A stretch of 64,000 bases of DNA, taken from positions 1 through 64,000 of the forward strand of contig KZ538470.1 in the NCBI GenBank assembly GCA_000934665.2, written 5' to 3'. The notes under the pieces are model-generated. The model ran no database searches, was not told the origin of the DNA, and saw only the letters and a program-made list of their open reading frames with translations. Each line of letters opens with the position of its first letter. Position 1 is the stretch's first letter. This DNA comes from Catajapyx aquilonaris. Lineage: Eukaryota. The translations under genes were made by a program, and so were the position numbers. Of this stretch, positions 36,607 to 49,706 are shown in pieces.

Positions 36607-37757
36607 CCGTCAAACTGGGTGAGATTGTGCCAGATTTTGAGGTTTTTCTTACGAGCAAACCAGAATACTTGATCTATTGGAACGAAATTTATACGCAGTA
36701 TTATTCCTGCGCACCAACTGTAATGTCACATAAAACCACCCACATACCCACATACAAGACAACTGAAAAATAATTGGGCAGTAGCCTTCTCATGGTATGT
36801 TCCCACGAAACGGCTAAATAACTATAAATGTGATTAGTAATGGACTGTATTAAATGTGTTGTGGAGAACAAAGACAGTTTCTTCCCCGTCATTAGGCAAT
36901 TCGTCAATAAGAATGCCAAGTTATGAATAAAGTGACGTTTACAAGCACTTCAAGGACACCCCTGAACTCCTTCGTCTTGATAAAACACACTGTTCATAGT
37001 CACATGCATGATCTGTCCAAGTCACTGGCTCAGAATTATGAAAAAATGCAATTTAATTAATTTTTCCCTTCGAAAAAGGCGGCCGTACGTGGGCCATACG
37101 ATTTTTATTTGTCAGTACCTCGGTCGCAGTCGGTTCGATCAGGTTCGATGTTCTCTTCCGTCGCCGCGACTAGTGGAGCTGGTTGCAGTATTATTTTTGT
37201 TAAATCCAATTATCTACTCTTGTTTTCATCGCAGAATGTTGGACTTGATTTCTCCCAAAGCCTCCCCCCGGTCTTATTCAGGTAAACTCCTCTCATTACT
37301 GTCACACATGAAAATCAGTGAAATAATGGGATAAAACAGTGGCATAATCTCTGAGCCTCGTCAAGTTCCCCTTTTTCATTCATTGGGTCATAACTCAAGA
37401 ACAAATGCAGATTTAAGAAAACCTCAACTCGTATTTACTACCTTCATTAATATGGTTATCGAAATATTACCTTACCTGGTAACGAGAAGCAACTGACCAC
37501 TCACGGTAACCAACACTATACAACCAAGTGCAAAGCTTGGAAGAAAATCAACATTTCAACAATAATTGATTTTGCGGTCCTTATCGCAACAAATCGCGAA
37601 TTCTCTTCGTGATTGTCAACCTTGAACATTTATCAATGTAATGGAATATGCCTAATTTCGCTAGTTTACCCCTGCTGCGAGCAGGGTGCGTGGTTGTCCC
37701 AAAATACGCGCTGGTACAATCTCTCCCCGCGTGGCACAATCTCCCCCCGTTTGACGG
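36607..37757. mobile_element. TA-CCGT-type (pogo-like) non-autonomous element, copy B
   Basis: TA|CCGTCAAACTGGGTGAGATTGTGCCA ... TGGCACAATCTCCCCCCGTTTGACGG|TA, with repeated GGCACAATCT-like subterminal motifs. Confidence 0.8.
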
Positions 37758-40309
37758 TATAGCTTATAACAGTGGCAAACACCCTGAGCCTTCAGCATGG
37801 TATAGATAGCCACGGAAATACAGGCAAGCACTTGAATTTTGAGGTCTCGCCCTTAAATCTTCCACAAAATCCTTGCTGGTTAATTATTAAAGTGATTATA
37901 AGCTGATGGGCACCGGGAACCTATATGTGTGTTTCAGAACTCAATTATTTATAGCACTATTTGCGCCGCGGCATTCATTATTTATGGATGATGACCATAA
38001 TGACACATCAGCGCAAACCAAAATGTCCGAGGCCTTCATGAAAGGCTGCCGTGAAAAATATACGATACTGGTACGATAAATATTCGAGCTTCAATACATG
38101 CACTATCCCCAACACTTGCCAGAAGCAAAGAAACATTTCTGCACCGATTCAAAGTCCCAGGTACAGCATGTGTTACAATATTATTGAAATACCCTTTTAG
38201 TAAGCTGATTTTTCAAGCATGTCCTCTCAAAAATAAATACTGACGACAGCTTCCCTATCCACACTATGTGACATGACCGAAAGCCACCTGGCGGAGAACT
38301 CCACAAGGCGTTGATTCAACCGATACCCGTTGGAGTTAGAAGAAGAAAAAAATCGCAGGGCTCAGGTTTTACGGGTGGCAGAGGAAGAGACGACCCGGGG
38401 TATAAAAGTAAATAAAAGAGAGGTCGGAGGAGCCCATGAAGCAAAGACTCAATCAAGTCGCGAATTTTGGAACAAGTGAGCGTCGGAGTAAGGGCTTGGG
38501 CTGGAGGACTAAACTGAAATGAAATGGCGGACGAAAAACCCTGCCAAGTTCACTCGCATGCATCTTGGAGATGAGAGGTGAGAATTTACGATGTTGCAAA
38601 AAATATATGTTACGACCCGGTATGCAGGTTTTTCAGGCGTTTCGATTGGTACAAGTGCAGGCTCCCAATTTATTTGGAAGCCCACCCCGGTTCTATTTGA
38701 CGACGTCTCGCTTCCAGGTCGAGCTTGGCGGCTTGAAATTGGCGAAGAGGATGACGCTTTTTTGTGGGAGAGGGAGAGGGAAGGGGTATAGCCTATAGGT
38801 TCTGCAGTGGGTGTGTGCGCGTGTGTTCAATAAGCTGTGGGAACTAGAATAATATAGATATAAATTACGCCTGCATTTTTATGTTCACACGCAAAAAATC
38901 ACAATAACAGTTCAAACTTGTAAAAGTCTTCACATTCGTATTAGATGTAAGGAAGTTAGTTCATCCAGTAGGCTGCACCCTTGTACGAAACATACGGTAC
39001 CGTATCTATTTGGTCGAATCACCTGTCAAATTTTTTTGGCCGATTCTATGGCTTATCTAACGTGGAGGTGACTAAGTTAGTATCGGCCAAATGACAGTTT
39101 CTAAAAAAAATCCAAGCTATACGGTACGATATGTAGCGAGGTCAAAGTTAGACACAGTAATTGGGGTCGGGTTAGAAAAAGTAACTGTAGTCAGTGTCAT
39201 TAATTGGCAGAAGTTCGTAGTGGGAGAAAAATGACTAATTGCCAATATTAGGGCCTCTATCCTTGACCTCGCCACTTTACACAAAAACCTAACACTATGA
39301 AACAATTATTGTCAATATAGTGGCACTTTCAATTTTCCTTAAAACTTAACCACACTCAAAAATAACGTCACACAATCACCTTACCCAAAATAACCACTTT
39401 CGCCCCTTTAGAGAGCAAAGTGGGACATGTAAATTTCCATCGGAATAAATTTTCAAATGGTGTTGTACAATAACCTTCGGTTAGTTTTTAGTTCATTAGC
39501 AATTGTGAAATTTTAGGACCAAGGCGGAGTCTGTCGACGGATATTTTGCATTATCGGGAGTCGAAAGTGGAATATTGTTCGTGCAAAGTCGTGGATCTGG
39601 GGTGCAAGTCAAAATAAGTTAATGAAATATTAATTTCGTTAGCAAATATTCACTTCATTTTGTACAAATGACATCCAATAGGGAATAGACTGAGAGTACA
39701 CAAGTAAAGGCTATCAAGTAAAGGTTATCAAGTAAGGAGTACGCATATCAACTTCATACAGAACCAGGTACGATGTCATTCTACTACAGGTATCATATCA
39801 CACAACTATTTTCACATTACATATATGCACATACCATGCATAATTTAGCTCCACATACTCTTTAAAATGGAAGCGCCTCCTCTACAATGCTCTAAATTGG
39901 GCCAAATGACCACACACCTTCATCATCATGTTGCAGCAATTTAAAATGAACCACTGCCTAAACCCGCGGATGCATGCAGAAATGTAAACAACCTTCCACA
40001 TATAATGTGGAGATTACACGAATGTCACTGGATTAACATGATGTAATAATATGCACAATACACCAATATTTCGTATCAAATATTCGCAAAAAACCTGGTG
40101 TAAATTTGCACAGGCAAAAAAATCATGGGAGTCGGGGAGTAGTACAACGGTGGGGTGGGATGTTAATAAGAGTTTTTCCCACCTCAGGCCTTCCACCAAA
40201 TCCTGCTTAACGGAACATTTCCTCAAAACTCGAAAACTTTGCCAAACTACTTCAAGTCGTAAGGAAAGTCGGGTGCAGCTCCCCCATCCTTCCCCCTTTC
40301 CCTACACCT

Positions 40310-40526
40310 NNNNNNNNNNNNNNNNNNNNNNNNNNNNNNNNNNNNNNNNNNNNNNNNNNNNNNNNNNNNNNNNNNNNNNNNNNNNNNNNNNNNNNNNNNN
40401 NNNNNNNNNNNNNNNNNNNNNNNNNNNNNNNNNNNNNNNNNNNNNNNNNNNNNNNNNNNNNNNNNNNNNNNNNNNNNNNNNNNNNNNNNNNNNNNNNNNN
40501 NNNNNNNNNNNNNNNNNNNNNNNNNN
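40310..40526. other. Assembly gap (217 N)
   Basis: Run of N flanked by C-rich sequence. Confidence 1.
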
Positions 40527-42693
40527 CCCCCCTCCCCCCCCCCCAAAAAAAATCGGATAAACCACGCCTCCTGTTTTTGCTGATTGGTGAGCAAACACCA
40601 ACTGCTCATTTTCCCACCGCAGCATCCCCCCACTTGGCCATCTTTCTAAAGGACCTGCAATCAAGCTGTCCCTTACTATCACCCTTCGCCAATAACAGAC
40701 CCCATTTTGACGCTTTCGATCCCCCATCCCTCCACACATTGACGATCGCCGCCTTCAACGTCATTTATCTCTAGACACCACTCCAATCAGGATCATGCAG
40801 CTCATCTATCCCACCAGAAAACCAGAAAACCCCAGAAAACCAGGAACATAAATCTCGTACAATTAGAATCCAATCACTCACTCCTAATTGACTACTTACT
40901 GACTTGACCTGTCATTACGAATTTGCACCGCTAGTACTCCGGGATTGCATTCAGCGGTAATACATACTGGCATGGCTCGTGCACTCATGCTAATCAGCCA
41001 GTCATTTTTGAGCAGGGTAGAAGGACTATTGTAGAGAATACATGTAGTGACTTTTCCGCGGAAATGCAAGCATAGAAACATTTCAGTGAATTATTCCTTA
41101 GAACTGACCAGCTGTTAAATTAGGATCCGGTTGAATAATGAATCGTAGTAACATTTTTGCAAATGTTGTAAAAAGAGTGTGGATGACGTGACCCGAACCG
41201 TTGATTAATTAGCGAAATTGCAGCATTGAATTGAAGATTTGTTCCGTTGATCCCAACAGCAACCGGTTGATCCGTTGATTGCATGCCAAATAGGTGGGCA
41301 GCAAGTAGTAATAATTCAGGCGGGGCCACGCGCCTTTGCTGCAGTGTTGCAAACTAAATAACCAGGCGTGTTTGTTTGTATAGACGCGAAAGGTCCGAGT
41401 TTTGCCCCTTTCCCCCCTTAAATCTAGTGTGTTTGCTCTCTGAGCAAAACGGCGCAGTTGCCATATCGATCCCTGGTTGCTGCCTACGCCACTGATGGGA
41501 TCTATTCCGAAGCAGTGCCGAAGCTAAATTATAAGCCAATGATTATTCCGAATAAGCCTACCTGGCACATGGAAAGCGCTCCAGGGCATCCCTTTGAAAT
41601 ATGAAAGAGCCTTCTTTTTTGGGGTCCTGCTGTGTGCGTGTGTGTATGTATGTATCCGGCTGATATTTCCATTCCACTGCGCTCAACCAGACAATTTCCA
41701 TCCTTTATTGTGCCCACCCGAGGCCACTCCGTTCAACAGCCAGTTTCTTTTCTCTTGCCATGTTTTTCCCTAAATATTCCGCTACACCTCCCAGCAGCAA
41801 ATCAGATCGACTACAGTCGAGTTAAGTTCACTTCCATTTCAAAACTGCCTTTGTTCGACGCGACGTGACTTTCGACTGCGAATTCACTGCCGTTTATCTC
41901 CAGCTAACATTCACAGTCCGTTTTTATTATCTACAAAAGGGAACGCCGTTGCAGGAAGGTTCAATAAGTGAAAAAGAAAACAAATCGGGCTTCATTTCTG
42001 TAGTGGCGTAACTTCGTGCTAAGGCAAGACATATTCATTAATGCACTACCGGTTATGATCGAGTCTGGTGTTAATTGTACAAAAACACAACTGGCCAGAA
42101 AATGCTGTGTTATATATTCTATTTAAGAAATGTGGATTACACTGTAGTATCAAACTGTAGTAACACACCTCAAATTGTGGGTAACCATAATGAACTATGT
42201 TAACTGGCTCTGTATTATAATCTTAATACGCTTATCTACTTCAACCCTTGACCCAGGCAGCCCCTTCTTAACATATAAATACAGCGTGTAACAACTCTAA
42301 TGTTTATTTTGGCGGTGCTTTATAGCGGAATTTAACCTTTACCAGAAAATACAGCCTAATATGGGTCTTCTTAGTTCCTCTCTGAGAAAGATAAGCTTGC
42401 AAAATGAAGCCATCCCTATTCTCCCCGCCAGATCCTTGTTGCATACTGTCCATAATGCACTATTTAGCAATGCACGGTTCTAATTTAGAAATGTATCATT
42501 TTGCCACGGAAGTGGTTATAGACTGCAGTCTAGTTCTTTGTACATAGTCACGCTCAAACAAAGCTTACTGGTACCAAAATGTAGTTAATATGATTCAGGG
42601 CACTTGTCTCATAGCTATGCGCCTATGTAGCAAGAGAGTAGCACCAAGAGTAACAAGTGTCTCAATGAGCACAATGTATTTCCAAAGAAACAA

Positions 42694-42949
42694 GGGATTG
42701 GGCGGATTGGGCGGATTGGTCAGCGCCGCAGCCTTCCACCTCTAAGGTCCCGAGGTCGATCCCCGGGTCGGACGGAGGATACTTGTGGATATAGTTTCGA
42801 TGGGTTCTCTCCGTATTCGCGTGGGTTTTCTCGGAGTTCTCCCGTTTCCTCCCACAATCCAAATCCATCACAGCAAAGGCAATGATTAAAGTCGGTCAAT
42901 TAAAAGATGATCCCCTAAAAAGCCCAAAGAGGCTTATCACGGGGTATCC
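42694..42949 (+). mobile_element. tRNA-derived SINE with V-domain-like core
   Basis: GGCGGATTGGTCAGCGC (A box), AGGTCGATCCC (B box), core GTTCTCTCCGTATTCGCGTGGGTTTTCTCGGAGTTCTCCCGTTTCCTCCCACAATCCAAA, a 3' stem-loop and an (ATC/ATT)n tail. Confidence 0.85.
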
Positions 42950-42974
42950 ATTATTATCATCATCATCATCATCA

Positions 42975-43021
<47 letters not shown>

Positions 43022-43045
43022 AATATTATTATTAATAATATTATT

Positions 43046-43111
<66 letters not shown>
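42950..43111. repeat. Compound (ATC)n(ATT)n-(AAT)n microsatellite
   Basis: An ATT run switches to its complement AAT around 43019-43050. Confidence 0.97.
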
Positions 43112-46100
43112 CCTAATAAGACGGGCGTCTCATATGCTGTGACGGTGGCTTTAAAAAATTCTGCTGGCGAAACTATAGCGTTTTCCCACTATGTAACGTG
43201 GTTTCTGTGTGCCTTTTAAAATTTTCTCGCGCGTAAAAAATTGCGAGTATTGGACTACAAAATCGTGCATAAATAAACCGAATTCACCAGATTAACTCGA
43301 ATGAAATCATCTTTTTGCGACCGCAGAAAAAAAACAACAAAAAACCGACCTTGACCGGCAAATTTTGGGCATACATACGTAGTTGCCCCCAAACCTCCTC
43401 AATAAGAGATTGCACCCGAAAATTAGTGCAAAAGATGATTCAATAGTATTTTTGATCCTCAGCCCCTCAGTTTTAAAATAAATAAATAATGTTCGTAAAT
43501 GCCAATTACCGGCTGGCGGGCTTCTGCGCAACTCAACCCCGGCCTCGTCTGGATGGAAGGGCGCATGTCCCGCGGGGGTTTTGAATATCTGTGGCTCAAG
43601 GGTTGTTTACACACGTGAGGGATTGTGTGTTTATCAATATAGCTCGCCTCGCAGGCCTGTGACGTATTTCATGCCATGTGCTTATGTACTGCTTTGTTCA
43701 GCGGTGCCAAGGCTACATACCGATAATTTTTTGTCAAGCAGGCAGAGTGACAAAAAAATGGAGTAGGCGCGAAACATACCCCTGCGACACCTTGTTGTGC
43801 ATATAAGAATTTACCCCTCCGTATGGCATGAGAGGAGGGTTACATAGATAGCGTCAGGATCAAGCCCGGACACTAGACGATCTTATTCACTAGTGTTTTC
43901 AAGTCTCGTCCCCCAAGTGCCAAAGCAAGCGAATATTTTGCAGATACTTGCAAAACCGGGAAAAACCAGCCGTCTTATTAGGGATAATATTATTTCCAAA
44001 GAAACCATCACTGCATGACCATATTCCGGATTGCCAAAACGATTTCCCCGACTGGTTTGTGGCACGTCAGTATATCAGCAAACATGGTGGCAAATTCAGG
44101 TCCCAACAAACCTGCGAGGCCCAATTTGGGCAGTACCCTATAGCGAAGGAAAATCCTGAACGGAATACAAAGGACGAACTGGTTCCATAATTTACCCACT
44201 TTTTCCATAAAGGCGCCGTGGAAAATATTCGGCTGGAAAACATCACTCTGACACGATGTCTCCTCTGACAACTTTAAACTGACACTGTAAATGAAAATGT
44301 CATTTTACTCCTAACATTTGTAATTTTTCTCCAAACCCGGGCCCTGCCACCTCCTCAACAACTCTAGTTCCCAGCGAGTAGATCTCCTGAATTAGATTAG
44401 ATGAGAGCCTTCCGCGCCGGCAATTCCCGACCGAGTTTTAATGTGGCTTTTCCCCAGTCCCAAAAGGACGCGATTCATTTTGCGCGCAAGGTCGCCTGCA
44501 GAAATGCATCAAACGCGACTAACATTAATCAAACGTCAGCTGAATCCAATCCAAGGACCCGCCGAATGAAAAAATAAAAATCTCTGGGCGTGCAGGGAGC
44601 AATCCTCGCAAACGTAACGGTATTTGTAATAGCAAAATCCAGCGTTAAATCAACTAGCATTGGTCAAGTAATCCTGTAGACACAGCGACGCAGATCGTAT
44701 CAACTAAAAAGCCTTTCGATGTACGTCAATGCATATATTACCAACTTGATGGCCGCACGACGTCACAGTTGTCATGTGGCGCCTGTCAGAATCGGCCACA
44801 TTGTAAGTTGGCAACCAGCTTTTCTCTAGATTATTAAACTACATCCTTTGATATTGGCCAGGTTGATCACGCACCTGAAGCCCACAAAATGAGCACAAAA
44901 AATATTAATAAAAGTTGGGCCCCGTTTTTAAGTGGGCAATGGAGTGTCCTCCATATTAATTACATGATGCATAGGTCTAATGGATGGGCTCTCGGCACGA
45001 AGAGCAGTTCTCCTCAATGTGCTTTTAAACGCTTTTTTGTTCATTTTCGCGGAATCGGACCTGGAGCAAAGGCTTGCAAAAATTGGGGGCATCACATGTG
45101 CATTCATGGGACTGTCAGAGACTCGGTGCGTGATTCGGAAATCAAAGCTTCTTTTGCCATTCCTTTCGATCGTAACTGGCGGGGGTTATATAAAAAAGAA
45201 TACAGTGTAAGGACCATTGTCACAATTTCACGAACGTTCTTTTCACCAATTGTCCGTCCAATTTATATTGTGCGCAATAAACAACGCCGCGAGTTGTCAA
45301 TATCACTGCTGCATGAAGTGCCGCATTCCAAACTACGACTCAAATCAAATCGTAAAGCATTCAAAAGCTGTTGTCGTCAAAAAGCAACTCTCAAGCAACA
45401 CCCAAGTCTATAGATTTAAGTCATCAATCATCAAGCTATACCGTGATATTATACAGAAAGTTATACATTTCCTGTCAATTGGCGTTTTATCTACCACTTT
45501 CAAGTACTTGCATATGCCACTATAAGGAGAGCCAGAATAAAATTTTAATAACTCCCAGGGAAATCACACTGCCTAATAATACTAGTCATATGTTATTGAT
45601 TGCACATTTGGCATAATATTGGGTTGCATTTTTCTGACAGATTTGCGATAAATAACCTTTTGCACAACTTCATATACCAGGTATAATAACTGATAAAAGC
45701 TAGCAATTTATTTAATTGTGCAAATATTTACCAATAATTAATGTGTCCCGCCAGTTTTTACTGCGCCGCGTTGTACAGTACATAACACTGGAAATGTGGT
45801 TAACCAATTGCAATTCCATGCGGTCAAGGGTGAGCCGCACAATGACTGTGATGATTATTATAAAATATTAAATACGCAGCCGAATATGACAATAAAGAAT
45901 GTTCCTCAATGGTATTTGAAACAATCGGACTGTCACACGCATAATACCAACTCGTAACGCATTCCCGCGCACACACCCAGATAATACAGTTTAAGTAAAC
46001 CTCTCTCTTCGGACAATTAACACACATTACTTATAAATATATTTACAAAAATCCTTGCTCTGGGATTTAAAAAGTGACATTATGAACCTACGCGAGTCTG

Positions 46101-49100
46101 TTAACCGGAATGGATTCCCGGAGTCAAGTTGCAATTTGCCGCACAATCACATACGGCAGCAAATGCGATTTGCGGTATCCTGAGAATAGGGGGGGGGGGA
46201 GCAGCGGGCATCCAAATAAAGTCTTACCAGGATGGATTTGCTACCAATAAAATTCCGGGGGGTTGAGAATTGAGGACCCCCCTTTATTCATTTTTTTTTT
46301 TTTTTGAAAACTGCCTGGAGGATTCACCTTTCGTCAATGCTGCAGTGTGCTAACNGGGGGAGGAAAGGAGGGGAACTCAATTTAACTTTGCCAATTCGTA
46401 CGAAATGTAATAAGAAGCTTCGATCGAAAGAAACTCATTTGATGGGATTTCATCAACAGTGGATTTCCAACGGGGGCAGGGATTTTGACGGATTCGGGAT
46501 CGCGGTGGTTAGATTTCCTTGGAGCGGAAGATCTCCCGGATTTTTTTTATCCGGATGTGTAAGGTACAATTCTCCGGAGGGCACACATCTCTTCCCCGGC
46601 CCCCCCATTTCCCAGAAGTCGCTCCAAAGCATCTTCTGAACTAATTGAAGCTCACTTAATAACATTTTCGGGCCTGATGGACTGGTCCCGGAGATCCGGA
46701 ATCGAGCTATCTGTCCGACCAATCGTGTCCACTGACTTGTCAACCGTCACGTTTGGCATCCTAGAATTGGAGCTAGTCGACCGGATAAACGGCGCAAAAT
46801 TGCTTCCGAAATAAACTAGACCTATAGGACTGGTACAGGGTGATTCGGGACGATGTTTATTATTCTATTTTCTTATAAGGGCTTCCCCGTACAGGGTTTA
46901 AAACCCTTCCACACCCGTCTACACCCGGATAAAATAAATTGTTGAACTTTCATTAAATACTATCACGTCAAACGCTGTCACATACAGGGTTGTGGACTCC
47001 CCAAGTCCAGTTAAGTGAAGAAATGATGAATTTGTTCGTCCCAGCAACCAGTTTCGAGCAGTGCTTTAAGAAAGTTTTCAGTCAATATTTTCCCTTTCAT
47101 AGTCAGCAAAAAAAAACAAAAAAAACCGGATGCTAATAGTCATACAACCATTGTCTACTAGATCCTGATGCTATGCTTCCCTGGAAAGAGGGCTCCACTG
47201 TTCAATTCGGTTCAAGAGCCCCCACCTCCACGCGTGACGCTATATCCAGTCCTATGTTATTCTTCTGCTTCTGCCAAACTATGCGTTTTTGTTCCTAGTC
47301 TTGAACCGAATCTGGCCAAATCTATTCTGAACTCCATTCTTTCTAAGACGTAGGTGGGAAGTAAGCTTTGGGAGGTGAAAGAGAGCGAGACGAGCAAGCT
47401 TGTAGAAATCGTCATTTTCTTGGCTAGATGTTGACTTTTGGAGGGTTCGATTTTTTTCTCCCTCCCTTCTTCTCCTTCTCCTCCTCCAGTCTTTTCCAGT
47501 AGTAGTCCACGCTGGTAGTAGGCAGTAGAGTTTGCCATCTGAGCAGGAAAGTGTTTCGAACTGATTGGACTGGTCAAAAAGCGAGCGGATGAAAGCAGGC
47601 GGGGACTAGATAGCGTTTTTTCCCCTGCTTTTCCTTTCCGCTTGTCTGTCCCGACTCCATCCTCCTTTCCCTCCAAAAAATATATACAGTATATAAAAAG
47701 GAGGACTTTTGCTTTGACTGCTGCTTCCTTTCAGGTTCTCAGACGGATGCTTCACTTGGCATCTGCCATTTTCAAAATTCGACAACTGTCTTGTTCCGAG
47801 TCCTGCCTCCACTCGACATCCATATATTTCGCAAATTAGCCAGCCGTACGTCAAATCGATCAATAAGAAACGTCTGAGCTTTCAAAAGTTCACGAGCAGA
47901 TGTGAATCTTCAGCCCAAATCCAAAAGTGGAAATGTACACTCTGGTTATCTAGATTTTACACTCTCTTGGATACCTGTGAAAATGTACGCGCCAATGTAG
48001 CCAGTCTTGTAGGCCGCAGAAGAGAGCTGATTGGTTGACTCTCATAACTTCTTCTTAAGGCGGAGCACACGAAGCATGCACAACACGACTAGGCTTTTCT
48101 TCCGATAAGTTACCATAGAGTAAATTGGTCAAATTGGCTTCCATTACGGCCAGGCGACCGAAATTTGCTGATGGCCTTTGTAATTTATTCCCTTCAATGG
48201 CGCCAAGAGCTCTCGACTCATTAGTCAACTGGGCGCATCAACCTTGCCTTTGAAAAGTGGGGGAAGCTTCACCCTACCCTTCGCCAATTAACAATTCATT
48301 TCCTGCAATTACTTTTCCACTTAGCCGAATCTCTTTCACACGCATTTACCAACGGAAATTAACCCAATTGCTTTCAATTTCCGTAAGCTACCGCCCGCCT
48401 CATGGTTTACTGATATTAAGCCTTCATTACCTCCTTTTTCAATATCAGTGTCTATCACTTATGCTGGGTCGAAGATGGTGTCACATGTACCACAAACATC
48501 ACTGAACATCACTGTCCAGGCTAAGATGGTTAAGTTCTGTTCACATTTTTATGGAATAACCGCCCCTGAGGCAACACCATACCTCTTTGACTCATGAGAC
48601 CGCGTTGGTTCCTACCATCCCTGTCTAGCAGTTTCCGGGTTTCCCAGCGAGGCCTGCTCCTTCTGAGATAAGATTTATTTCAGCTTTCAAGGCTGTGACA
48701 GGCGACACTATTTCCAGCTGGTAAGTAGGTGGCAATAGTACTGGCGAGAGGCAGGTAAATAAATGCCATTCTGGCCCTCTTGTTATACTGCGCAGAGGCA
48801 TTCTGGACTGTCCAATTTGTCCCCTAGCTCTGGACACGAAACAAGCCGCATATCTGGCCACACCAGGCGAAATTAGCTGCATGCGTGGCATGCGTCTTGT
48901 TGCGTGCACCTCACGGTATAGGCTAAAATTACGCTGATGGATGATTACGACTACATAGGCTCGCCGACCCGATAAAGCCGACGCTTAAGCAGCCATTTTG
49001 ATTATCTTCTCAATATATTTTAATGCCTAATCGCGCCGATACGTTATCACGACCACCGGAATTTACGAACCTGCTCGCTTAACTACGTACAGTAGATTTA

Positions 49101-49638
49101 GGTCTGCCGCACTTGGTTTCGACCTAAGGAACGTCACTGTCACTAACCGTGCTTCCATCTATCAGACACAACTATAAAGCAAACGTGGATGTAGATGTCA
49201 TCAGATATCATCCCATTTCTGCTGGTTGAAAATAAATTCACTTCGAGGATTCACCCGTGAAAGAAATCCAGAGAAACATTTGACAGGGAAACTGTTGTTG
49301 TTAAATCCAGAATAACGTAGAAAAAATGGTGCTAGTGTGCCTTAACGCCACCTTTGTTGCCTAACCTGAACTGAGAGCGTACAAAATCAAATCCTTCCTA
49401 CTCTGTCTCCAAACCCAGCGGTAATAATGAAATGCAAATTGGGGCGGGTCCAGATATCCTCCGCCACTAATAACTCTAATTAAAGCATTTGGTAACCGTC
49501 GAGGACAAAGTTTCCCGGGTCGCGGACAAAAGTTTGGTCCCTGAGACCACCAGATGGACCCCCCTTTGTCCCAAAAGTACTTGAGCCCCGGAACTTGGGC
49601 TGCACTATTTCTTGGGTGATTTTGCTGGGACAACTTTG

Positions 49639-49642
<4 letters not shown>

Positions 49643-49698
<56 letters not shown>

Positions 49699-49706
49699 CC
49701 CCCCCC
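49643..49706. repeat. (TC)n microsatellite plus poly-C
   Basis: Perfect dinucleotide run followed by a C run. Confidence 0.97.

Noticed and set aside
47943..47953. TGGTTATCTAG, resembling miR-9
   Set aside because: The seed region differs, the hairpin is short, and there is no star-arm match.
49538..49548. TCCCTGAGACC, resembling miR-125
   Set aside because: The 3' half does not match and there are no let-7/miR-100 neighbours.
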